A stretch of 64,000 bases of DNA from Bacteroidales bacterium (GCA_049317265.1 JBMOIP010000001.1:140685-204684); one strand, 5' to 3'. Shown: positions 28,500 through 38,641, counted from the stretch's first letter. Notes: generated from the letters alone by a model not told the origin. A program made the numbers and translations.

Positions 28500-29198
28500 T
28501 TATTTCGTGATGGGATCAGCGCCTGCAGCAATATACCATGTTCCTTCATGGGTTTCGGTCCGTTCAACAGGATGGGGGTATGTTTTCAATAGTTCCTCAA
28601 AACGCTGTGCCAGTCCCAGTTTATAATCGGCAGGTTCAAACAAAACCTTGGTGGTTTGATCATTTCCTGCAAGCGCACGCACCGCTTTTCTGATCTTTCC
28701 GGCTTTTTGTTCAAAGCGTTCACGGGTTATTTCATACTGCTGGTGATCTAAATGCTCCTGTCCTTCAGAGAGATGATATCCGAGTTGCAGGTTAAAGTTA
28801 ATGGCATTCGTGTTCGACCGCATGATATGGGCATATTGCTTGTTCCATCCGAGGAAATAGAATGTGGTTTCAATACCGGCAACCGACACCAGGTAAGGCA
28901 CGAAAGTGCTGTAAAATTCGGTACGGCCTAAAAAAATGCCCGATTCAGAGGATTTCGACTCCCAATCGATGTTTTTATCGTTCAGAAGCCCGATTTTTTC
29001 TCCCTGGTAGTAGATCATGAGGAAATTGGATTGCAGGTTGTTGACGCTGTCAAACCATTGCCGTTGCTGTTCTGATGAGATGATCTCCCGGTAGTTCATG
29101 TTCAGCCGCACCGGATCGGAGTTGCGCCACTGCCTCACCAGTTCAATGTCCTCCTCCTTCAGCCGCTCGAGGATGATTCCGTATTTAAAGAACTTCAT
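28500..29198 (-). CDS. GNAT-type N-acetyl/acyltransferase (PseH-like N-terminal region)
   Basis: ILERLKEEDIELVRQWRNSDPV...QQRQWFDSV...IYYQGEKIGLLN resembles GNAT sugar N-acyltransferases. It overlaps the upstream gene by 14 nt. Confidence 0.45.
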   Translation of the reverse strand: MKFFKYGIILERLKEEDIELVRQWRNSDPVRLNMNYREIISSEQQRQWFDSVNNLQSNFLMIYYQGEKIGLLNDKNIDWESKSSESGIFLGRTEFYSTFVPYLVSVAGIETTFYFLGWNKQYAHIMRSNTNAINFNLQLGYHLSEGQEHLDHQQYEITRERFEQKAGKIRKAVRALAGNDQTTKVLFEPADYKLGLAQRFEELLKTYPHPVERTETHEGTWYIAAGADPITK

Positions 29199-30129
29199 CG
29201 TTCAGTACGGTTTTGATGGAAAAGGGCGGCTTCCGGTTCTGCACCATGTAAATCCTGCTCAGGTACTCGCCAATAACTCCCAGCGACAGTAAAATAATGC
29301 TGGTTGAAAACAGGATGGTCACGATCAGTGCCGTAAATCCCATGATCGGAATGCCATGAACGAGTTTCCGGTAGATAAACAGGATGCCGGTGATGAAACT
29401 CAGCAATGCAGAGACGAATCCCCCGTAAACCATCATCTTCAGCGGCATGGCGGTGTAATAGATGATCAGGTTGGAGAGCATTGAAAAAAGGGAGCGTGAC
29501 GTATATGTTGACTGCTGGTAGGGCCGTTTTTGATGATCCACCAGCACAAAAACCATATGATTGGTGTACCAGTTGAAAAGTTCGTCGATGTAGATGAAGT
29601 TGAGCTGGTGGTTGAGCAGGTTTTTTCCAAGGGATGATTTCATCAGCCTGAAGGAAGAACCATTGCCTTTGGTTTTGAAAATCCGGCGCGACCAGCCTTT
29701 CAGCGCCCCGCTACCCAGGTTCCTGGCCATGGAGTGGTGTTTCTTGCCGTAGATGCCGTAAACCAGGTCGGCATCTGAATCTTGCATGGTGTCGATCAGT
29801 TTGATGATCTCTTCCGGTGGATTCTGCAGGTCGTCGTCAATGGTAATGATGAACTCCCCGGAAGCCTGGGCAATCCCGCAAATGGTGGCATTGTGCTGTC
29901 CGAAGTTCCTGGCAAGCCGGATGGCAATCACCTTCTCCGGGTTTGCCCGTTGAATGGATTCAAGGATTTTCCAGCTGGTATCAGCGCTGTCGTCATCCAC
30001 AAAGATCACCTCGAAACTTTTATCAATCTTGTTCATCGTCTGCCCGATCCGCAGGAAAAGTTCCTCCAGCGATTCACAACTGTTATAAACCGGGACAACG
30101 ATCGAATAATCAGGTTTTTTCATATGCAT
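29185..30129 (-). CDS. Family-2 glycosyltransferase, ArnC/GtrB-like polyprenyl-phosphate sugar synthase
   Basis: YSIVVPVYNSCESL, VIFVDDDSADTSW and ITIDDDLQNPPEE form the GT-A DxD region. Two C-terminal TM helices (MMVYGGFVSALLSFITGILFIY, ALIVTILFSTSIILLSLGVIG) are typical of the ArnC/GtrB/DPM1 subgroup. Confidence 0.75.
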   Translation of the reverse strand: MHMKKPDYSIVVPVYNSCESLEELFLRIGQTMNKIDKSFEVIFVDDDSADTSWKILESIQRANPEKVIAIRLARNFGQHNATICGIAQASGEFIITIDDDLQNPPEEIIKLIDTMQDSDADLVYGIYGKKHHSMARNLGSGALKGWSRRIFKTKGNGSSFRLMKSSLGKNLLNHQLNFIYIDELFNWYTNHMVFVLVDHQKRPYQQSTYTSRSLFSMLSNLIIYYTAMPLKMMVYGGFVSALLSFITGILFIYRKLVHGIPIMGFTALIVTILFSTSIILLSLGVIGEYLSRIYMVQNRKPPFSIKTVLNDEVL

Positions 30130-30132
30130 AGG

Positions 30133-30867
30133 TCAGCCTCCTCCCAGGATCAGGTTCGTGGCGCTCACCCATTTGGATGCATCTGCCAGGTAAAAGATGA
30201 TGGTGTTGGCAACATCCACCGGATCGCCGAGGCCCAATAGCTGGCGTTCTTCAATTTTATCAACTGCCTCCCTGGAAAAATTCTCCGCGGTCTCATCCAG
30301 CATGGGGGTGCGTACAAAGGCAGGGGAGATGCAGTTCACCCGCGTACCCCGTGAGGCCAGCTCAAGGGCAAGTACGCGCGCATAGGCCTCCAAAGCCGCT
30401 TTGGCGCTGATGTACATGGCGCCTCCGACAAACGGATAACGGGTGGAAATGGAGGAGATAAACACGATGGAGCTGCTCTCCTTTGCAAGCTTTTTCTTTC
30501 TTAAAATCCCCGCAGTAAGGAGAACGGAGGCATTGAAACTGATGCGGAAGGTATTGGAAATGGTCTCTTCGGTAATAAACCGGGCAGGGGAAAGTTCTGA
30601 AATTCCGGTACTGTGAACCAATCCTTCAATAACAGGCAATCCTGCCACCAGCCGGTCTATGTCTGCCTGGATGGTCAGGTCGGCAATAACCTGGAGGTGC
30701 CCGTCCCCGTGAAGTGATTGAAATGTCTCGTCAAGCCTGACGGCATTGCGTCCAGTGATAATTACCCTCGCGCCATATTCACTGGCGGTGATGGCAGTTT
30801 GCCTGCCCAGTCCTGAAGAGGCACCGGTGACCAGGACTGTTTTACCTTTCAGATCGAATGCGTTCAT
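30133..30867 (-). CDS. Short-chain dehydrogenase/reductase (FabG-like ketoreductase)
   Basis: The cofactor motif is VTGASSGLGR and the catalytic motif is YISAKAALE (YxxxK). ATGA overlap with the upstream KASIII gene. Confidence 0.85.
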   Translation of the reverse strand: MNAFDLKGKTVLVTGASSGLGRQTAITASEYGARVIITGRNAVRLDETFQSLHGDGHLQVIADLTIQADIDRLVAGLPVIEGLVHSTGISELSPARFITEETISNTFRISFNASVLLTAGILRKKKLAKESSSIVFISSISTRYPFVGGAMYISAKAALEAYARVLALELASRGTRVNCISPAFVRTPMLDETAENFSREAVDKIEERQLLGLGDPVDVANTIIFYLADASKWVSATNLILGGG

Positions 30868-31949
30868 TCCCGGGGAGATTGAAGTGGGACGAATTCCTGT
30901 TCAGTGAGTTCCGGAACCACCATGCCATCGGTTTCAATCAGTACCGTCCCCCATGAAAGCCCGATTCCGAAGGCTGATAGCAGCAGTTTCTGAGGTTTTT
31001 CAGCCAGGAGGTCGCCGATCTGGGTGACCATGGTCAAGGGGATGGAGGAACAACTGGTATTGCCAAAGTCGTGCAGCGAATAGGGCACCCTGGCTGCATC
31101 AACCTTTAACATCTTACGCAGGGTTTCGTTGATGAGGCGGTTGGCCTGGTGAAACAGCAGGAAATCGAACTCGTCGAGCTGGCGGTTGAAATGTTTGAGT
31201 GTTGTCTTTATATTTGGGACTACTTCACGCAGGGAAAAGTTAAACACTTCGATGCCGTTGAGTGCTATGTGCAGCCGGTTGCGGTAAATCCCGTCTCCAT
31301 ATTTTTTCACGGTGAACGATTTTTTGCTTGCCAGGTTGCGCACTCCTCCATCAGGGATAATGATGGCGTCATAGCCGCTGCCGTCGGTTTGCAGGTTGAA
31401 CTGCATGGGGGCATGTCCCGGCTTTAATTCCAGCGCCGTAGCCGTACCGGCATCTCCAAATAACGGGAAGGTGCTTTTATCACGGTAGCTGGAAGTCACA
31501 TTGGAGAGGTCTCCAACCAGCAGCAATCCTTTGCTGATCCCGGTGGTTTTTATCAGGCTGCTGATAACCGATAGGCCATACACATAGCCCGAACACCCTA
31601 AGTTGATATCGATGGCCATGCACGATTTCGGAAGTTTCAGCCTGTCCTGGAGGATCGTGGAAGTGGAAGGGATGATGTAATCTCTTGATTGAGAAACGAA
31701 AATCAGGATTTTTATTTCACCCCGATCCCAACCGAGTTTGTCTAAAAGTTGTTCTGCAGCCTGGAAGCAGAGGTCGGAGGTGGTTTGCCCGGGCTCCGCC
31801 ACGTGACGCGTTTCCACTCCGATCATCTGGATCACCTGGTCCCGCTCTTTCTGCGTGATCCAGTTGTAATCATGATTGGATAGTGTTTTTTTTGGAACGC
31901 ATGCCGATATTCCGGCAATCCTCACATCAGGTATCTCAAAAAGCGCCAT
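30864..31949 (-). CDS. 3-oxoacyl-ACP synthase III (FabH-like KASIII) with an intact Cys-His-Asn triad
   Basis: INLGCSGYVYGL (Cys), FLLFHQANRLI (His) and FGNTSCSSIPL (Asn). Confidence 0.85.
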   Translation of the reverse strand: MALFEIPDVRIAGISACVPKKTLSNHDYNWITQKERDQVIQMIGVETRHVAEPGQTTSDLCFQAAEQLLDKLGWDRGEIKILIFVSQSRDYIIPSTSTILQDRLKLPKSCMAIDINLGCSGYVYGLSVISSLIKTTGISKGLLLVGDLSNVTSSYRDKSTFPLFGDAGTATALELKPGHAPMQFNLQTDGSGYDAIIIPDGGVRNLASKKSFTVKKYGDGIYRNRLHIALNGIEVFNFSLREVVPNIKTTLKHFNRQLDEFDFLLFHQANRLINETLRKMLKVDAARVPYSLHDFGNTSCSSIPLTMVTQIGDLLAEKPQKLLLSAFGIGLSWGTVLIETDGMVVPELTEQEFVPLQSPRE

Positions 31950-31989
31950 GGATATCCCCGGTTGATCTGTTATTTAAACTGAAACTACA

Positions 31990-31997
31990 CAAAAGTA
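31990..31997 (-). promoter_or_regulatory. Candidate -7 box (TACTTTTG) for the six-gene KASIII operon
   Basis: Plus strand CAAAAGTA, 41 nt upstream of the ATG at 31949. Confidence 0.4.
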
Positions 31998-32027
31998 CTT
32001 TTTTTTTCGTTATCGACCCCATTTTTC

Positions 32028-32035
32028 TAATTTTG
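32028..32035 (+). promoter_or_regulatory. Candidate -7 box (TAATTTTG) for the FAAL-carrier gene
   Basis: Matches TAnnTTTG 47 nt upstream of the ATG at 32082. A hairpin at 32044-32065 would lie in the leader. Confidence 0.4.
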
Positions 32036-32081
32036 CCAGAGATGGAGGAGGAGGCCTCTTCCTCCTTAACCTGTTGAAAAG

Positions 32082-34127
32082 ATGAACTTAACGAACCCCG
32101 TTCCCATTCCCGGAGACCTGCCGCTGAAACCCGGCCAGGCTACCATTGTTTCTGTTCTGAGGGAGCGGGCTCTCATACATCCTGGGAAGAGGGCATTTAC
32201 CTTCCTCGCCGATGGTGAGGCGGAAGCGGGTTCCATAACCTATGGCGATCTGGATATCGCCGCACGCAATGTGGCGCATAAATTGGAAGTATTGGAACTG
32301 AAGGGAAAGACCGTGCTGATGTTCTACCCTCCCGGGATCGACTTTATCACCGCATTTTTCGGATGCCTCTATTCCGGGACGATTCCCGCTGCAGCCTATC
32401 CGCCCCGTAAAAACCGCTCGGTTCACCGTATCCATACCATCGCAGCCGATTGCGGGGCATCTGCAATCCTGACCACGGAGGTCATTGCCCGGTCGCTTGA
32501 ACGAAACTTTGCGGAAGACCCTTTGCTCGCAGCACTTCCCTGGCATGCAACAGATACGTGGCCGGTTTCTGATCCATCGGTTGTGTATGATACAGAACCG
32601 GGATTCGAAGAGCTGGCATTTCTTCAATATACCTCAGGGTCCACCGGCGACCCGAAAGGGGTGATGGTCAGCCACAGGAACATCATGTACAACCTTCGTT
32701 CGCTGCAGATGATCTTTCAGATAACACCCGGGGATGTTGCATTGCACTGGGTGCCCCAGTTTCACGACCTTGGTTTGATCTTCGGGATCCTGGAGACGGT
32801 CTTCTCAGGCTCATTAACCGTGCTCATCCCTCCCTTCATCTTCATTTCAAACCCGTTTTTCCTGTTGCAGGCAATTACCCGCTATAAGGCCACGGTTAGC
32901 GGACAGCCCGATTTTGCCTTTAATTATTGTGTCGAAAAAATCGATGAAGAACACCGGAACAGGCTTGATCTCTCCTCCCTCCGGGTAATGTACAGCGGCG
33001 CTGAGCCTGTCAGAAAAACGACCCTCGACCGCTTCTATGAAACTTTTTCCGCCGTCGGACTGAAAGCGGAGTCTTTAATCCCTGCCTATGGAATGGCTGA
33101 ATCAACCCTGATCCTTGTAGGCGGATCGATTACTGAACCACCGTTTTATCTCCCGGTGAGCACATCAGCGTTGGAGAGAAACCTGGTGGTTCCGGCCAGT
33201 GACCATGGGCAAGGCGCAGATATACAGTGGATTGCCAGCAATGGCAAGACAAAGATGGATACAGCCATTCTTATTGCTGATCCAGATACATGTGAAGTTT
33301 TGCAACCCGGGAAAATCGGGGAGATCTGGGCGAAAGGAAGTACGGTCACCATGGGGTATTTCGGCAAACCCGGCCTGACGGAAGCCATCTTCAAAGCTAC
33401 ACCTGCAGGTCAGAACGATCCGGTCTGGTTGCGTACAGGTGATCTGGGATTTCAATACAACGGGGAACTATTCATCACCGGACGGCAGAAAGACCTGATC
33501 ATCATCCACGGCCGGAATTTCTATCCCCAGGATATTGAGGAAGTTGCTGAAAATTGTCACTCTTCCATCAGGAACACATGTACTGCGGCCTTTTCGATCG
33601 AGCATAACGGAAAGGAGAGGCTTGCCATCGTGGCAGAATTAAAACGTTCGATTTTGCCCCATGATACAGCGTCCATCCTGGATGCCGTTGTTTCAGCAGT
33701 TTCCCGCGAATTTGAGATACAGCCCCTGCGGATTGCCCTGGTCAGAACAGGCGCTATCAGGAAGACATCCAGCGGTAAAATCATGCGTAGGGCCAACCGG
33801 GAATCGCTGCTGCAAGGCAAGTTTGAGGTGATTGCCGACCGCATGTTCGACGATCGGGAAAACCCTGCCGCTGATCCCGACGGGATGGAGTCGCTCAGCC
33901 TGGAGCAATTCCTGCTGGTATGGGTTTCACGGCACCTGAACGAAGGTTCACCGGCTGATCCGCTCAAAAGTCTGCCCGCATATGGGCTTGATTCACTGAA
34001 AGCAGTTGAACTGAGTGAGGAGACTAAAAGCCTGTTTGGATTTGAATGGCCTCCCTACCTGTTTTTCGAGGAGATATCCATACAACAGGTGGCCAAAGAA
34101 GGAATGTCATTAATGGAACAGCGATAG
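32082..34127 (+). CDS. Fatty acyl-AMP ligase (FAAL) fused to a C-terminal phosphopantetheine carrier domain
   Basis: AFLQYTSGSTGDPKGVMVSHRN is an FAAL-type A3 motif. WLRTGDLGF and SSGKIMRR are also present. The C-terminal carrier has LPAYGLDSLKAVEL. Confidence 0.85.
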   Translation: MNLTNPVPIPGDLPLKPGQATIVSVLRERALIHPGKRAFTFLADGEAEAGSITYGDLDIAARNVAHKLEVLELKGKTVLMFYPPGIDFITAFFGCLYSGTIPAAAYPPRKNRSVHRIHTIAADCGASAILTTEVIARSLERNFAEDPLLAALPWHATDTWPVSDPSVVYDTEPGFEELAFLQYTSGSTGDPKGVMVSHRNIMYNLRSLQMIFQITPGDVALHWVPQFHDLGLIFGILETVFSGSLTVLIPPFIFISNPFFLLQAITRYKATVSGQPDFAFNYCVEKIDEEHRNRLDLSSLRVMYSGAEPVRKTTLDRFYETFSAVGLKAESLIPAYGMAESTLILVGGSITEPPFYLPVSTSALERNLVVPASDHGQGADIQWIASNGKTKMDTAILIADPDTCEVLQPGKIGEIWAKGSTVTMGYFGKPGLTEAIFKATPAGQNDPVWLRTGDLGFQYNGELFITGRQKDLIIIHGRNFYPQDIEEVAENCHSSIRNTCTAAFSIEHNGKERLAIVAELKRSILPHDTASILDAVVSAVSREFEIQPLRIALVRTGAIRKTSSGKIMRRANRESLLQGKFEVIADRMFDDRENPAADPDGMESLSLEQFLLVWVSRHLNEGSPADPLKSLPAYGLDSLKAVELSEETKSLFGFEWPPYLFFEEISIQQVAKEGMSLMEQR

Positions 34128-34137
34128 CTGAACGGGT

Positions 34138-34371
34138 TTATTGCACCCGCGATTCGATGATGTGAAACAGGTCTGCAACGGTATTGGAGGTGGCAATATC
34201 CTCGGCATTAATCGTAACATCGTATTCAACCTTGACCATCGCAATGAGGATAAGTGCATTGATGGAGTTCCATTCAAAAACTTCCCTGAAGACACTTTCG
34301 GGTGTAAGTGTACCAGGTTTCAGGTCCTCATACTCCTCTTCAAGTTTGGCGATGAAATCTTCAATCTTCAT
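34138..34371 (-). CDS. Stand-alone acyl carrier protein
   Basis: 77 aa, acidic and helical, with EWNSINALILIAMVKVEYDV at the position of the Ppant-Ser helix II. Confidence 0.65.
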   Translation of the reverse strand: MKIEDFIAKLEEEYEDLKPGTLTPESVFREVFEWNSINALILIAMVKVEYDVTINAEDIATSNTVADLFHIIESRVQ

Positions 34372-34390
34372 AAGACTTTGTATTAAAGGG

Positions 34391-34398
34391 CAAAGGTA
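34391..34398 (-). promoter_or_regulatory. Candidate -7 box (TACCTTTG) for the ACP gene
   Basis: Plus strand CAAAGGTA, 20 nt upstream of the ATG at 34371. Confidence 0.4.
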
Positions 34399-34474
34399 AG
34401 AATTTTTCAGACATATGGCAGGTAGCTGACTTATTCGTTACTTTGCAGTCTGATTATACAATTAAAGATTGTCT

Positions 34475-36175
34475 ATGCCCCAAACGAGTGAATATTACCA
34501 CCCACACCTTACCCTTCCGGATTTACTATACCGGGCGGCAAAAAGCCCCAATCCGTTGTTTGTCGCCTATATGAACGAAAGCGGCAATTTAAAAACCCAA
34601 ACATATAGGGAATTGCTGCATGAGGCGGAGAAAATTGCTTCGGGTTTGTCGAACCTGGGTTTGCACCAGGGCGATCATATCATCATCGCAACAAGATATA
34701 ACCAGGAGACGGTGGAACTCCTGTGGGGATGTTTCCTGTTGGGAATTGTTCCAACCATTATGCAGCCGCCAATGACCTTTTCCGGGTATAACCCCTCAGT
34801 GGTGAAGATGATGAATGTCTACGACCAGTTGAAAGAGCCCTTTGTTTTTGTCAGCCCGGAAGTGATCGATTCAGGGAACCTGCCATCTGAAAAAGTACGG
34901 CACAGAGCGGATCTTGATTGTACAGGTTCCTTTCCGAAACCGGTTCTGAATACCAATGACCTTGCCTTTATCCAGTTCTCTTCGGGCAGTACAGGCGATC
35001 CGAAAGGGATTATGCTCACCCATGGAAACCTGATGGTCAATATGGATGGCATCCGCACAGGGCTTAACGTGCACTATCCTGACAGGACAGGCAACTGGAT
35101 GCCGCTGTATCATGACATGGGGTTGATCGGTTATCACTTTACACCGATGTACAGCTTGTCGGACCAATACCAGGTTGAGACCATTGATTTTATTATGAAG
35201 CCGGGATTGTGGCTTGACCTGATGGGAAGGAATCAAATTGCCATTTCCGGTGGAACAAACTTTGCGCTGGCATTGGTTTTAAGGCATTTAAAACGGAGCA
35301 AGCCGTTGCTGGACCGGGATTTCTCCTCCATGAAAGCCCTGTTGAACGGTGCAGAACCGATTTCCGTGAAGATCATGCAGGAGTTTGTCGATTCGCTGGT
35401 ACCCTTCGGATTCAGGCCGGAAGCCATGATGCCGGTTTATGGCATGGCCGAAGCCACCCTGGCCATTTCATTTACTCCCCTGATGCAGCCATCTGTGATA
35501 ACCGCATTTGATGCTGTTCTCCTTGACCGTGAAAACCTGGCCACTCCTGTTGATCCTTCCGACCCGCAGGCACGTGTGCTCTCAGCCGTGGGCGTGGCGT
35601 TGAATGATGTTGAAGTTACTATCCTGGATGCTGAAGACCATCCGGTAGACACTGGGACGTCAGGCCAGATCCATTTGAAGGGAAGTTCCATCACGGCAGG
35701 CTATTACAATAAGCCCGGTTCAACCGCATCTGCCTTTTACGGAGAGTGGTTGCGGACAGGCGATATCGGGTTCTTTTTTAAAGGAAACCTTTATATCAGC
35801 GGCCGGCAAAAAGACATCATTTTTAAAAACGGGCGTAACTATTTTGCCAATGACCTGGAGGACATGGCTTGCACAATTGATGACATTACGTATGGAAAAG
35901 TTTGCGTTGGCGGGACCACCGACAGGGTAACTGGTCATGACAAGGTCATTGCATTCCTGGCCGGCGTGCCTGAACAAAAAGCTCCGGACGTATTTCGACG
36001 GTTAAGGGCGCTGCTGCGCAGCAACCTTGGGATCACCGTTGATGAAGTGGTCCTGATCAAATCAAACGAAATTCCAAAAACTTCCAGCGGAAAACTGCAG
36101 CGGTTCAAACTGATGCAACGATATAACAACGGGGAGTTTGACGACAGGATTATCAAGTCGTTGCAACTGGAATAG
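34475..36175 (+). CDS. Second fatty acyl-AMP ligase / adenylate-forming enzyme (no fused carrier)
   Basis: AFIQFSSGSTGDPKGIMLTHGNL, WLRTGDIGF and TSSGKLQR. I take the start at the ATG at 34475 (the ORF track uses the TTG at 34469). Confidence 0.8.
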   Translation: MPQTSEYYHPHLTLPDLLYRAAKSPNPLFVAYMNESGNLKTQTYRELLHEAEKIASGLSNLGLHQGDHIIIATRYNQETVELLWGCFLLGIVPTIMQPPMTFSGYNPSVVKMMNVYDQLKEPFVFVSPEVIDSGNLPSEKVRHRADLDCTGSFPKPVLNTNDLAFIQFSSGSTGDPKGIMLTHGNLMVNMDGIRTGLNVHYPDRTGNWMPLYHDMGLIGYHFTPMYSLSDQYQVETIDFIMKPGLWLDLMGRNQIAISGGTNFALALVLRHLKRSKPLLDRDFSSMKALLNGAEPISVKIMQEFVDSLVPFGFRPEAMMPVYGMAEATLAISFTPLMQPSVITAFDAVLLDRENLATPVDPSDPQARVLSAVGVALNDVEVTILDAEDHPVDTGTSGQIHLKGSSITAGYYNKPGSTASAFYGEWLRTGDIGFFFKGNLYISGRQKDIIFKNGRNYFANDLEDMACTIDDITYGKVCVGGTTDRVTGHDKVIAFLAGVPEQKAPDVFRRLRALLRSNLGITVDEVVLIKSNEIPKTSSGKLQRFKLMQRYNNGEFDDRIIKSLQLE

Positions 36176-36181
36176 TCCATG

Positions 36182-37273
36182 TCATTGTTTTGGCGCCGTT
36201 TTCTTTCCAACCAGGCGCATATAGATCTTCAGAAGGATCAGTGATTTGAAAAACCACCACTGGCTTACTTTGTAGGGCAGGTAGGTGCCAAATACCATCA
36301 CCGACAACAGGATATAGTTATAGGCCAGCATCGGACTTGATTTCAGAAACAGCAGGAGGTTGAATCCATTGTTCTCCCGCCTGTAACCCAGCCGGTCGGC
36401 ATATTTGCCTGCAATCTGGTCGGCTGTCCTGACTTCTTCCGGTGAGAGAACACTCTGCCAGGTGTTCATCCGCCCGGTATTGATCGGTTTCATCAGGTTC
36501 TCATGGAACTTTTCATAGATGAAATTGCCGTACGTATCCACGGTCTCCTCTTTCTTCTTGTGAAAATCGAATACCGAAGGATCATAGGCAATGGCGAGAA
36601 ATTCGCATAACGACCTGAAGGTAGCCTCCTGGTCTGTCACAAGATCTTCGTAGCGGAGAATGTAATACTTTTCAGGGTACCGGCGCTTCAGGTTAAGAAA
36701 CAGGCGGGTAAAATAGCGCCACCTGCCTACCTGCAGACTGATTTGAGGAGCCTCGACCGCCACCTCTTTTTCTGCAAGTTTTTTGATGGAGATGAAATTA
36801 TCGCGGTAATCCCTGATGATGCAGATGAACTTTGCTTCGGGAAAGATCTTCCTGAACCGGTTGGCCGACATGGAGTAGACCGGGTTCTTGTCGCCGATCC
36901 AGAGGGTCTCTTCTTTGGTGTATAATGAAAATGCGTAATAGTTGATGCATTTTAAAAAGAGCTGGATAGATCCTTTATCCTGGTATCTCAATAGTTCGCT
37001 GACGATATGTTCTTTGTCAAACTTCAGGTTTTCAACCCGCCGTACATTGAATTTTGAAAAGTAGAATACATGATCCACAAAGGACCGGATGGTGGTTTCA
37101 TCCCATTTTTTAACTTTCCTGAACCGCTGGTACAAAAACAGCATGACCGGGAACTCCGGGGCGATCCTGATGTTCGGATGCGCATTGAAGAGGGTTGTGA
37201 GCAGGGTTGTGCCCGAACGCGGTCTTCCAAGGATAAAAAAAATCGGAATCTTACTTAGGTCTTCTGTTTTCAT
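36182..37273 (-). CDS. PAPS-dependent sulfotransferase with a hydrophobic C-terminal tail
   Basis: The 5'-PSB loop is ILGRPRSGTTLL and the 3'-PB region is IIRDYRDNFIS. The C-terminus LLLFLKSSPMLAYNYILLSVMVFGTYLPY looks like a TM segment. I take the start at the ATG at 37273 (MKTEDLSK), overlapping the flippase gene by 23 nt. Confidence 0.7.
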   Translation of the reverse strand: MKTEDLSKIPIFFILGRPRSGTTLLTTLFNAHPNIRIAPEFPVMLFLYQRFRKVKKWDETTIRSFVDHVFYFSKFNVRRVENLKFDKEHIVSELLRYQDKGSIQLFLKCINYYAFSLYTKEETLWIGDKNPVYSMSANRFRKIFPEAKFICIIRDYRDNFISIKKLAEKEVAVEAPQISLQVGRWRYFTRLFLNLKRRYPEKYYILRYEDLVTDQEATFRSLCEFLAIAYDPSVFDFHKKKEETVDTYGNFIYEKFHENLMKPINTGRMNTWQSVLSPEEVRTADQIAGKYADRLGYRRENNGFNLLLFLKSSPMLAYNYILLSVMVFGTYLPYKVSQWWFFKSLILLKIYMRLVGKKTAPKQ

Positions 37274-38570
37274 TGAAAATCTTTTTGAAATCGCGCATAA
37301 AGTAGAAATCACTTTTCCTGATTCTCAGGATTTCAGTCAATGGCATTTTGATCAGCCTGGAATAAACGATGATAAATGCGATGGAACCAATTCCATAGCT
37401 GATGTTTGTAGCCCATGCGGCGCCTATTCCGCCATACCGGGGGATGAGGAAGAGGTTGGCAATGAAATTAATGACCAGTGCTGGTAAAAAGGTATAGATG
37501 GCAATCTGCGGTTTCCCCATCCCGGTCAGGCGGCTGTTGAGAATCCGGAATCCTATCAGCAGAAGGATCCCCGGTAGCACCACCTGGATGAGCCGAGCGC
37601 TGTGTGAAAACTCCTTGCCGAAGATCAGCGGAATCAGGGGAGGGGCAACCACGAAGATTACTACCCCGGCAATAAAGCCGATGATCAGGGAAACCCTGAA
37701 GATGGAGGCTACCGTGCGGTGAACCTGCTTGTCATCATTGGAATTGGCGCTGCGGCTGAGAATGATGGTTTCGATGGCCAGTGGGACATGCCACAACTGT
37801 TCGGCAATCTGCATGGCGAGGCTGTAAAAGCCTACCTCTTCCAGGGTGGAGAGCTTTTTCAGCATCAATATATCCAGCCGGTAATTCAACTGCATGATAA
37901 ACACGGCAATGGCATTCACCAGGCCCAGTTTGATCATGCTTTTCATGATCCCTTCATGATATTTCCAGGTAATGTTGTACCGGAACTGTACGATGATGAT
38001 GCGGTAGGTCATGAAAAACATGATGAAATTGGCAAGGGCAATGGCCAGGAAGGCGCCAAGGACCGACATCTTCAGGCCCCAAACGAACAGGATTGTGAGT
38101 AGCAGGGTCATGATGGTTGGGCCTGCATTGAGGATGCTGGCTCGTTTAATGTCCTCTTTTCCAAGGAAAATTCCGCCGGCAAAAACATTGGTCAGCAGGA
38201 GCGGGATTGTGAGCAGAACAAGTACGATAATCAAAGGGTCAAAAGGCTGGCTTGACGAAAAGAAGTAGACAAACCCGCAGATCAGGATGCTCAGCATGCT
38301 GGTCCACAACAACAGCAGGAACAATGCCGAGACGATATGGTCCTCAGGAAGGAGTTTGTTGCCGATATGGTAGATGGTGCTCCTGCGGATCCCCAGCTGG
38401 GTAAAGCCGATCACCATGATCGGAACCACGATGATGGCCGAATAGAGACCAAACCCTGCCGCCCCAAGCCACCGTGTCAGGATCACGCCAATGGCTAGGT
38501 TGCAGAAGGTCACCGTAAGGTTACTTCCGAGCAGGCTGAGGATATCGCGCAGGTAGGTTCTTTTCGCCAA
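37251..38570 (-). CDS. Wzx-type polysaccharide/oligosaccharide flippase (MOP superfamily)
   Basis: 439 aa with about 12 TM helices. The N-terminus LLGSNLTVTFCNLAIGVILTRWLGAAGFGLYS is of the Polysacc_synt type. The only in-frame start after an upstream stop is TTG. Confidence 0.7.
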   Translation of the reverse strand: MAKRTYLRDILSLLGSNLTVTFCNLAIGVILTRWLGAAGFGLYSAIIVVPIMVIGFTQLGIRRSTIYHIGNKLLPEDHIVSALFLLLLWTSMLSILICGFVYFFSSSQPFDPLIIVLVLLTIPLLLTNVFAGGIFLGKEDIKRASILNAGPTIMTLLLTILFVWGLKMSVLGAFLAIALANFIMFFMTYRIIIVQFRYNITWKYHEGIMKSMIKLGLVNAIAVFIMQLNYRLDILMLKKLSTLEEVGFYSLAMQIAEQLWHVPLAIETIILSRSANSNDDKQVHRTVASIFRVSLIIGFIAGVVIFVVAPPLIPLIFGKEFSHSARLIQVVLPGILLLIGFRILNSRLTGMGKPQIAIYTFLPALVINFIANLFLIPRYGGIGAAWATNISYGIGSIAFIIVYSRLIKMPLTEILRIRKSDFYFMRDFKKIFNENRRPK

Positions 38571-38604
38571 ATGTCAGGAAATAGAAAAATGCATTAATTT
38601 CGCA

Positions 38605-38612
38605 CAAAATTA
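38605..38612 (-). promoter_or_regulatory. Candidate -7 box (TAATTTTG) for the flippase-sulfotransferase unit
   Basis: Plus strand CAAAATTA, 35 nt upstream of the start at 38570. Confidence 0.4.
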
Positions 38613-38641
38613 GGAGATTATCCGCACTAAGCAATTTTTTG

